Shown here piece after piece: positions 53,441 through 64,000 of a stretch of 64,000 bases of DNA (positions within the stretch are counted from its first letter, which is position 1; each line of letters begins with the position of its first letter). Source of the DNA: Octopus sinensis (taxonomy: Eukaryota); NCBI RefSeq assembly GCF_006345805.1, contig NC_042998.1:207638001-207702000 (forward strand). Direction: 5' to 3'. The position numbers and the translations under genes are program-made. The notes under the pieces are model-generated. The model searched no databases and was not told the origin of the DNA. It was given only the letters and a program-made list of their open reading frames with translations.

Positions 53441-53540
53441 NNNNNNNNNNNNNNNNNNNNNNNNNNNNNNNNNNNNNNNNNNNNNNNNNNNNNNNNNNNN
53501 NNNNNNNNNNNNNNNNNNNNNNNNNNNNNNNNNNNNNNNN
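53441..53540. other. Assembly gap (100 N), truncating a family C SINE head at 53362-53440
   Basis: Run of n. Confidence 1.
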
Positions 53541-54285
53541 CTAAGCTGGGGAAAATATTTTAATTTAGTAAGTGTTAGCTTTAATCATGGCGATGTCGTC
53601 TGCTTTCTCTCAATTGTGAAATATTGCTGTTCGGAGGTGTTTGTGTGTATGTGTGAATAATGGGGGCCGCAAATATAGCTGATAATTGAATGAAAGATCA
53701 TTAAATAATAAATAATTAGCCAGAAATATAAATTAATCGCAGTCCGTACACAGTGATTCAAGAATGCCCGTATATACATATAATATATATATATTTATAT
53801 ATTTATATGTATGTATGCGTGTGTTTGTGTGTATATATATAACAGGCTGCAAAAGATAAAGCATTTAATATCGGAAGGGTACGTTTTCATGAACTAAAAA
53901 GAGGTGTTTGGCTGTGTGTGTGTGCTGTTGATTAATAAGCAATTTTTGTCTTAATTCATGACAGTCAGGTCAATTGATGCAAATATCATTGAAGTAGCGT
54001 TCAGATGAGTATCCTAAGTTTTATCAGTTATACGATTCCCCCCCTCCACACACACACGGTGTTATACATTAATAATAATAATTATTATTATCATAATAAT
54101 AATAATAATATCAAATGTCAGCCTATAACGCACATATGGTTGTGATGCGTGTGCCTGGTGTACTCTTATCAGACGGATAGTCACGATGGGTATACTGGGC
54201 TTCGAATATTTGTAGCCCAGTGTCACTTTGATGGCATGCATGGATCTCGCATAATAATAATAATAATAATAATAGTGGTAGTAGC

Positions 54286-54351
<66 letters not shown>

Positions 54352-54369
54352 TTAGTAGTAGTAGTAGTT

Positions 54370-54408
<39 letters not shown>

Positions 54409-54409
54409 A

Positions 54410-55262
54410 TAAAGAGAATAGAAAGTGTCAGATAATTGACTTTACAGTCCCAAATGATGAAAAAATAAATATGAGAGGTATAGAAAAAATAGAAAAGTAC
54501 CAGAACCTAGCCACTGAATTACAGAGACAATGGAAAGTGTGGGTAAAATGTCTCCCAGTAGTTATAGGTGCATTGGAAAATATCCCTAAAGATTTGAACA
54601 GATAGAGGAAATGGGCATAAAAGCCAGTTTAGTACAGCTCCAGAAAACTGTGTTATTAGGGATAGCTAGAATACTTAGGAGGGTTCTTGGCATCGAAGGT
54701 TACTTGTAGACTAATGTTAGAAATTTTTCTTTTCCAACAGTTTAATCTGTTGTGTGTATATGAAAAAAAAATACGGCCACAGAAAATGAGAAAGCAACCA
54801 TATCTGGGATATGTCAATACACACAGATTGAGAAATTAAGGCCAATAGACCGGATATAATTGTCAGAGATCACCAAGAAAAACATGCTTTCTAATCGATG
54901 TATCAGTACCAACAAGTGACGATGTTTCTCTAACAGAAACGGAGAAACTTTCAAAATACAGAGATTTGGAAATGGATATAACTCGAATGTGGAGTCTAAA
55001 AAGAGAAACGATTCCTATCATAGTAGGTGCATTAGGTATGATAAAACCATATTCAGACAAATACATAACAAAAACACCAGGACTTACAAACACATATAAC
55101 ATACAGAAAATTGCACTACTGGGCACTGCACACATCCTATGTAAAACACTTTCAATACTGTGAAAATAAGAGCACGACAACAAACCACAGCACATACCCA
55201 AGGCACACAGAGCTGCGCTCGGTAGTGAAGTGAAAACATGTGGTAAAAGTAAGACTACTGAA
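54410..55262 (+). mobile_element. Two adjacent R4/Dong-like LINE 3' fragments
   Basis: EKYQNLATELQRQWKV... and KLSKYRDLEMDITRMWSLKRETIPIIVGALG; flanked by (TAG)n and (AAC)n(AAT)n. Confidence 0.8.
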
Positions 55263-55320
55263 CAACAACAACAACAACAACAATAATAATAATAATAATG
55301 ATAATAACAATGATGATGAT

Positions 55321-55353
<33 letters not shown>

Positions 55354-55406
55354 GTGATGGTAATGATGATGATAGTGATAGTGGTGATGGTGATGATGGT
55401 GATGAT

Positions 55407-55441
<35 letters not shown>

Positions 55442-56759
55442 AATGATGATGGTGGTGATGATGGTGGTGATGGTGATGGTGATGGTGATGGTGATGATGA
55501 TGATGATGAGGATTTTTAAATTTTGGCGGCACGAAGCCAGTGATTTTGAGGTAAGAGGCTAAGTCGATTACAGCTTCGACCGAATTTTGAACCATCGCAC
55601 TCGAATTTCCCCAGTGCAGGACTACGACCTACCACATTGCCACAGAAAGTAATCTCTCGCCATAAAACGCATTAACACCAAACCAGACATGGGACAATCA
55701 GTCAGAGTTACCTGGCTGTTGTGGTTGATGTAACCAACTTTACAGGAAATGTGCCTATTTTCCCGCCAAATCCTTTAATCGAAAGTTCTGGAGACTTTTG
55801 TTTACAGTTATAAAAAGCTGGTGACTTCCAACTCAAACTAAAGCTATCCAACAGTCTGTAGAGGGCTACGTCCCCTTATACCGTGTCAGTTGGTCTCTCG
55901 TCCTCTTTTACTTGCTTTTTACTTAACATGCTGATGTCGTATTCGACAAAAGATACCAACCTTCAGTTGCAATGCTGAATCGGGCACACATTATCTCGCG
56001 GTGGTTGAACTGCTTTCATCATATTTTCTAGAATGTTCTATCACAGAACACTTCTAATTATTATGTTCGTTATCTCGTAAATGTCATTCGTTTTAAATCA
56101 AATACTTATATATAATCAGAAATATTAAATTTCTAAATCTCTCATAGAGACATGTACGGTGGTGGGGCGATAGAATGGTTGTATACTGTCAATCTAACGT
56201 GAACGTGACAGTAGGAGGTTACGCCTCCTGATGCTTCCTAGGGCTAAACAGCGGTGGTGTAACCCCCTACTGTCACGTTCACGTTAGATTGACAGTATAC
56301 AACTTATATATAACTTTTATCTTTTTACTTGTTTCAGTCATTAGGCTGCGGCCATGCTGAGGCACCGCCTTCAAAAATGTTTAGTCGAGTGAATAGACTC
56401 CATTACTTGATATTCTTTTAAGCGTGCCACTTAGTCTATCTGTCACTTTTGCCGAACTGCTAAGTTACGGGGGCGCAAACACACCAACATCAGTTGTCAA
56501 GCAGTGATGGTTGACAAAGACGCAATGATGCACAAGACAGCCACTATTCTATTTTTATTTATCTAGTTTCAGCTCACTAGCTGTGGCCATGCTGGAGCAC
56601 CGCCATTTATGTTCCCAAATAATTATGAACTTTTCTTTTATTACAATTAACTTTTAAAAATATATATTTTTGATAAAGTTCCATTTTTCAAGAAGAACCG
56701 AAACATGTAAAATCTCTCGGAAAATTAAAATTTATCTTATATAGTGGCGTTTTAAAACA

Positions 56760-56790
56760 TCTTTTCTCTCTCTCTCTCTCTCTCCGTCTC

Positions 56791-56834
<44 letters not shown>

Positions 56835-57446
56835 CATACATACATATATATATATATATAATACATACATATATACATACATATATACATACATATATAC
56901 ATACATACATATATACATACATATATACATACATACATACATATATACATATATATATATACATATATATACTACATATATATAATATATAAATATATAG
57001 TATATATACATATATAACATATATATATATTATCACTATATATATAAATATATACATATATATATAAATATATACATAATATAATATACATGCATATAAT
57101 ACATACATATATATATACATATATATATACATATATATATATTATATATATATATACTATATTACATACATACTATATATATATATATATATACATACAT
57201 ATACTACATATATACATACATATATACATACATACATATATACAGACAATATACATACATACATACATATAACATATATTATATATACATATATACATAC
57301 ATATATATATATACATATATATATATTACATATATATACATAGATATATATATACATATATATATAAATATATACATATATATATAAATATATACATATA
57401 TATATATATACATGCATATAATACATATATATACATATATATATAC

Positions 57447-57514
<68 letters not shown>

Positions 57515-57515
57515 T
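56760..57515. repeat. (TA)n/(TACA)n low-complexity block
   Basis: Direct inspection. Confidence 0.95.
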
Positions 57516-57605
57516 TCCTTCCGGTCATTCAAAATGTGACCGCATGTGTACCGTTGGCGATTCTTTTCCTCCGTCTTCCCTTCTCTGGATCTATCCTTCT
57601 CCTAT

Positions 57606-57640
57606 GTTTCCGACGAAGAGCTCCGCTCGAAACGTTAAAC
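57606..57640 (+). ncRNA. Minimal hammerhead-like motif (core variant CCGACGA)
   Basis: GUUU CCGACGA A GAGC-UCC-GCUC GAAA CGUU AAAC. Confidence 0.65.
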
Positions 57641-58713
57641 CCTCCTTCTTCCCTTCTTTCCTGAGCGTCCAATAATACTATATTTGTTCCACGTCCTCGC
57701 GTTGTTGTGTTTTTTTGTGCTTTCTTGTTTGGATTAACTATATGTATATATGTATGTATATATACAACGGGCTTCTTTCAGTTTCTGTCTACCAGATCCA
57801 CCCACAAGGCTTCGGTCGAGCCGAGGCTATTGTAGAAGACACTTGCCCAATGCGCCGCGCAGTGGGACTGAACCTGAAACCATGTGGCTGGGAAGCAACC
57901 CACGCCTGAGTCTATACATGTAAATATAAATGCGTGTAAATAAAAATATGTGAAAACCGAAATAAATATTTGTGTTGGTTATTCTTGTCGTAGCCTACCA
58001 GATATTTCGAACTACAAACGAAAGATTTCGTAAATGATTAACGGCCATGCCAAATTGCAAAGAATTTCAAAGACTTTCTAAAGATCCAAGGTTGAGAAAC
58101 AGTTCTTATGCACACACACAAAGTCCACATTTAGTGTTTCTAATGGAATCGGTCAAGAAAAATAGGCAATCGTTCTGGGAGTGAAATAAAAAAAAATGGA
58201 GATATTTTTATGATAAAGATAATCACGAGGAAAAAAAAAATTGTAAATCAACGATTTGAGCTGCAAGAATTTCAGATTCCAAAACAAACACACACAAAAA
58301 CCCCAGAAAAAAACGAGAAAAAAACAAAACAATTATAAACAACAAAAAACAAACAAATATGTTGGTAAATATCAGGAAAACCAAATCGAAAGAAATCTAT
58401 ACTGACATGGTTTTAATCTTGAAATTATTTGTTTATCGTTTGAGGTTTTGTGTTCGTTGAAATGAAGTTTGTTATAACACGGGTTTTATCGCTTTTACAA
58501 GATCAACGTGACTCTGTTGACAACACGCATGCGCAGGCGTATGCAGTCACACACATACATACGCACACTCACAAACACACACACATATGTATATATATAT
58601 ATACAATTGTTTGTTTGTATTCCACCTGCCTTCGTCTTGTTTATTTTCATAAAGCTTCCCGTTATATATATATATATATTGTCACTTTAGAGTTAGTTAA
58701 TATATCTATATAT

Positions 58714-58759
<46 letters not shown>

Positions 58760-59411
58760 CACACACGTGTATGTATACGTGCATGGTTACATATATAAAC
58801 CGAAAATGCCATAACGTATGCTTGCACATATGCATTCATATACTGAAATATACTTACATGCATATACGCAATAAATACAAACATGGTGCGCAATAAACGA
58901 ATACATACATAGACACACACACACAAACATTATTGTGGTATATATATACATCTTATCTCTTCGGTGATTGTTCTTGACAATATCAAACTTTGTGATATTA
59001 CTTTCAAATATTGTGAACAATCCAAGAAGAATATAAAAAAAAAATCGAAATTTATTCTCGACCATTCTGCCGCCATTGCTCGCTTGTTCGGAGACAGTTC
59101 AAGGTTCACGTCTCTGATTGGTAAACCGACAAATCATAAAACGAATATTTGAAATTTAAGATAAATATTTAACGTAATAATGAATCTATACAATTATATA
59201 CAATTATAAGGCACCGATGAAGAAATATGAACAAACTTTACCAGAATTTACGAGTGGCTGTGCAGTAGGAAGTTCAATCCCACTATCTGGCACCGTTTAT
59301 CAAGTGTCTTCTACGATAGTCATGGGATGACCAAAATCTTGCCAACGGATTTGGTAGACAAAAACCGAAAGGAAGCCTGTCGTATGTATATATGTATGTA
59401 TGTATGTATGT

Positions 59412-60655
59412 AATTATTCAGTTTTACTTCAAGATTTCTTGCCAGAACAGAAAGAACCGGTTTCTTACCAAGATCTAAGTCTCTTTCATTGAAATTTCAA
59501 CATCAGCAACAGGGTATTTTTGTATGTATGTATGTATGTATGTATGTATGTATGTATGTATGTATGGATGGATGGATGGATGGATGGATGATGAATGGAT
59601 GTATGTATGTTTTATGTATGTTTTCTCATGCATATAGTTGTTGCATATCTAGACATCTCATATATGTTTAAATGATAAACTTCTGGAAAGTTTTACAGAT
59701 TTTTACAGTTCCAGTGATGGATTAGATCTGTAGTCTTCGAATTAGCTTTCTCCTTTCTGGTTTTGAGAAGCCTAATTTCTCAAGATTGATATTTAGGCAG
59801 TGTGTTACATATCCCAGGACCCAAATAATTACGGCTATAAACCTGACCTTGTAATCTGGATAGAGTAACTGCAGATTTCTCAATAGTTCAGCATAGGTGT
59901 TCTCTTTTTCACTGATCTTCAGCTTTATGTTAACATCCGCTGGGCAGCTAATTTCCACGACTGTGCACAGTTTCTCTTCTCTACCTCAAATCCTTATATC
60001 AGGTCTGTTGTGCTTACATTTGATTGAGGTCTTCACTGAAGCATTCCACCAGTATTCCTTTTTATTATGGGTGACTATGGCTTCTACCACACTGTGGGTT
60101 CTTATTTCTTTGTCATCGGGATTATCCTTCCAACGGATTTCATTATAGAGTGTACTAACTACAACGTCATATCTCATCGGTAGATTATACCGTAATGACA
60201 TTTTCGGACCACCGCTTATGATGTGGGTGATATCTTCGGTGTTAACTCCACAAAGTCTGCATCGGTTGTCACATTTTAACTTTTCCCGCATCTCTATCCC
60301 TTTTGTGCATCAGGTACTTGATTGATATTTCCTGTTCCTGGATTGCAAATGCTTACTTGGCCAAGAGATGCACTTCGACGCTTGGTGGTTAAAAGATGTT
60401 GCCGAAGGGATATGATACGACATTCAAAGGGATTTTGGATCGATGTTAAGCCTCTGTCGCCTTGTTTGCGTTTTAGGAAGGGGCCGTTTACATCGCAGTT
60501 GATGTGGACATTATTTGTGCTTCTTAGTATTTTAGAGTTTTTACATCAATGGCTCGAATCTCATGAAGCGTCCAGTCAAGCAGCCCAAAGGTTGTTATGG
60601 GAACTGTCATTGCAAACAAATTGTGGGCCACTGTTTTATCGAATGCAGAGTTACA

Positions 60656-60660
<5 letters not shown>
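59412..60660 (-). mobile_element. REL-type LINE 3' fragment (zinc knuckle plus PD..D endonuclease) with tail in (TATG)n
   Basis: CRLCGVNTEDITHIISG...KHNRPDIRI...EISCPADVNIKLKISEKENTYAELLRNL; same family as 52341-53060. Confidence 0.88.
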
Positions 60661-60732
<72 letters not shown>

Positions 60733-61233
60733 TTATATGTATGTATACATATATATATATATATATATATATATTAAATTAGAGATAGAGAGAGAGAGAT
60801 AGGTATATATACATATATATATAAATATATATATAAGTAAATATATGTATATGTATATATATCTGTATGTATATATATTTATATTTATATATAGATGTGT
60901 ATGTGTATGTGTGTGTGTGTGTGTGTGCGTGTGTATTATATGTATTGATATGACATTGATAAAATATAGATGAGGTATTATTAGAGTGTTCAATATTGTG
61001 ACACAAATTGTATTGTTATAAAGATATGAATATTATATCAATACAAATTCATTGATGAATCAAAGACAAGATACGATCTTTTAAGAGTGTAGTTTGATAG
61101 CGGAGGAACAACACGTATCCATCTCATACTAAACACTTATGTATGTAAAAGAAATAAAGAAGAAACAACTCAAATTCAATTTATGCTAGCACACTCTCTT
61201 TAACATGGAGACTAGAGAATATATACGTATTAG

Positions 61234-61328
<95 letters not shown>

Positions 61329-61344
61329 TATATATATATATATA

Positions 61345-61830
61345 CAGTACCGTACAAAAGTCTTAGGTCACTTTAAACTATTGTAAGTTTCTACTAATTG
61401 CCAACTTATAAGTGGATAGTTCGCTTTGCGTTTTTTACAGATGAAACATTGGCCTTGGAGTCATTTCCGTACCTAATCATTATATTTTGTGATAGGGGTT
61501 CTGAATGAAAGGGGAAGATGCGAGAAGACCATCAAAAATGGCCGTCCTAAAGTTTTCGGTTACCTCACATAAACCAATCAAGATATAGTGTTTTAAAACA
61601 GAAAAATGTCTATAATGAAAAATTTATTACATAATGATCATTTCAAGAAGTTACCGTACATTGTAAATATTTCTTGTGGCTTCCCTTAGCTTGAATAATT
61701 GCTTTAATACGCCTGGGAAGATATGAGTACAAATCCTTCGCCATCTTCACAGGTATGAGATGCCATTCTCTGTGGCTGAGCTCCCGCGTGAATTCTGCTG
61801 ACGAACTTTTCTCTTCATTTAAAATACATT
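61345..61830 (-). mobile_element. Tc1-like transposon relic (3' end)
   Basis: TA|CAGTACCGTACAAAAGTCTTAGG TIR; EWHLIPVKMAKDLYSYLPRRIKAIIQAKGSHKKY. Confidence 0.78.
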
Positions 61831-62191
61831 GAGTGAGTTGCGCCATTAGACCGCCAGATCGAGAGAAATTCTGCACCAAACTGCGTTAAGGCACAAGCAA
61901 ACTTTGGCTTAGCTAATATATGTTTGTAACATATTTCAAGCTTCTAAAGACAAATTCATTGCAGTTAACGCGGAGAAGAAAAAATTTGTCTTATGGTAAG
62001 ATGTGTAAACACCATGTTTGCCCAGTGTTGCACCCTGTCGGATTCCCAGACGCAGCATCTCTAGTTCTTTATCCGTTATCAATGGAAAATATCTGTATAT
62101 ATATTTGTATACACACACACATACAAACACACGTACACACACACACACACACACATATATACTCAAAATAAGTAACAAGAATGACTCCGGT

Positions 62192-62279
62192 AATTTGGTA
62201 CGGTCGTTTCGTACTACATCATTTTATTAAATGTAAGTATTACAACAGTTTTAAAATGCTGAGCACTCATCAGCCAATT
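62192..62279 (-). ncRNA. Type-I hammerhead ribozyme motif, intact core, long stem II
   Basis: Minus strand: AAUUGG CUGAUGA GUGCU...AGUAC GAAA C-GACC-GUA CCAAAUU. Confidence 0.8.
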
Positions 62280-62343
62280 ATAGAGGTTTTCCATTAATAC
62301 AAAAATTGATATGAGAATTTTTGTATTAATGGAAAACCTCTAT

Positions 62344-62434
62344 AATTGGCTGATGAGTGCTCAGCATTTTAAAACTGTTGTAATACTTACAACATTTAAT
62401 AAAATGATGGAGTACGAAACGATCGTACCAAATT
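62344..62434 (+). ncRNA. Type-I hammerhead ribozyme motif, intact core, long stem II
   Basis: AAUUGG CUGAUGA(62350-62356) GUGCUC...GAGUAC GAAA(62416-62419) C-GAUC-GUA CCAAAUU; G10.1-C11.1 pair; GUA triplet ending at 62427. Confidence 0.85.
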
Positions 62435-62888
62435 ACCGGTGTCATTCTTGTTGCTTATTTTGATTATAATCACCCCACGGATTTTTATGGATAACACCAT
62501 TCAGAATTCTGGTGCATCTAAATTAAGTACCATATTCATTTGAATCTAAATTTTTGCTGAACGTATATATATATACATACACATATTCTTTTATTCTTTT
62601 ACTTGTTTCAGGCATTTGATTGCGGCCATGCTGGAATACTGCTTTAAAGGGTGTTAGACGAAGAAATCGATCCCAAGACTTATTTCTTTGTAAACCTAGT
62701 ACTTATTTTTATCGGTCTCTTTTGCCAAACTTCTAAGTTATGGGGGTCATAAACACATCAACATCGGTTGTCAAGCGATGGCGGAGGGACAAACACAAAC
62801 ACACACACACTGCGTTCTTGTTTATTTTTTTATATTAATATATACATATAGCGGCGCGCGCACACCTTGCCCACCTTATATATATATA

Positions 62889-63001
<113 letters not shown>

Positions 63002-63007
63002 TTATAT

Positions 63008-63883
63008 ATGAGGATAATATCGATATTTAAGTGTCGAAATTATCAAGTGGCCAGCATGAAAGAAATACCTTACAAAGGTAAAAAAATTTTTTTTAACAAT
63101 TAAAAATGAGGGTGTCTAAAAGACACCAACATGCCGAAATAGCAGTCGAAACACTGAGTATAGTACCACGTTAAATGTTCATATCGCACCATGAGGTAAA
63201 GCGGAGGGACAAAACATACAAGCAAAAATTATTGAATAATTCAAGATCCAAGGATTTCTGGTTCTGCTTTAGATAAGCTTTACCGTCATCAATTGAATAT
63301 ATCAAGGGTACATAAATACAGATATATATATGCACAGCAAACGATATACTTACATATACGAGCGTTATCATACATACATATGCACGTATGGACACAGCCA
63401 GTCTGAATCGCCCGCCAAATCACCGCATAATCACGATATGGTTAAAATAAGCACCGCAGTGAATGACACTTAAATATCGATATTATCCTCATATATAAAT
63501 TTATATAATTCGTTATTATATTCACTGCGGTGCTTATTTTAACCATATCCTACTTATGCGGTAGTTTGGCGGGCGATTCAATGGCTGTGTCCATACGTGC
63601 ATATGTATGTATGTACGACGCTCGTATATGTAAGTATATCGTTTGCTGTGCATATATATTCTGTATTTATGTACCCTTGATATATTCAATTGATGACGCA
63701 AAGCTTATCTAAAGCAGAACCAGAAATCCTTGGATCTTGAATTATTCAATAATTTTTGCTTGTATGTTTTGTCCCTCCGCTTTACCTCATGGTGCGATAT
63801 GAACATTTAACGTGGTACTATAGTCAGTGTTTCGACTGCTATTTCGGCATGTTGGTGTCTTTTAGACACCCTCATTTTTAATT
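63008..63883. mobile_element. TIR element (63008-63492) with an adjacent inverted duplicate of its interior
   Basis: 28-bp TIR ATGAGGATAATATCGATATTTAAGTGTC; arms of about 365 bp at 63098-63464 and 63520-63883. Confidence 0.75.
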
Positions 63884-64000
63884 ATATATATATATATATA
63901 TATAAATATAAATATATATACGATGGGCTTCTTCCAGTTTCCGTCTAGGAAGCAAGCTTATTACCACGCAGTCACGCCTGCGCCTATGTATATATTATAT

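Noticed and set aside
55590-55640. Faint U1 snRNA-like words
   Set aside because: Too short and rearranged to support
63105-63290. Possible hammerheads in the terminal inverted repeat (GGTGTC..GACACC..CCGAAA; TTGATGACGG on the other strand)
   Set aside because: No complete core with paired stems

Overview
Eukaryotic, AT-rich, microsatellite- and SINE-dense animal DNA. The repeat landscape suggests an octopus/cephalopod genome, but this is an inference. One host gene is supported: a 7-exon + strand gene (4739-40459, 397 aa when spliced by hand, all GT-AG introns phase-compatible) encoding a single-pass membrane SPFH/Band-7-like protein with a Cys-rich insert. The rest is mostly transposon-derived: several tRNA-headed SINE families, RTE, CR1/L2-like and restriction-like-endonuclease LINE fragments, mariner/Tc1 relics, MITEs, a Helitron, three minisatellites and a 100-N gap. 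The most notable signal is at RNA level. About 14 hammerhead-ribozyme-like motifs (CUGANGA / stem II / GAAA / palindromic stem III / NUH / stem I) from at least five unrelated repeat families occur here, with compensatory stem changes. They include a back-to-back pair with intact cores (62192-62434), a tRNA-headed SINE carrying a hammerhead, and one linked to a Penelope-like GIY-YIG fragment. Most ORF-track entries are microsatellite artefacts. Repeat boundaries are approximate, and the family letters A-F are my own labels.
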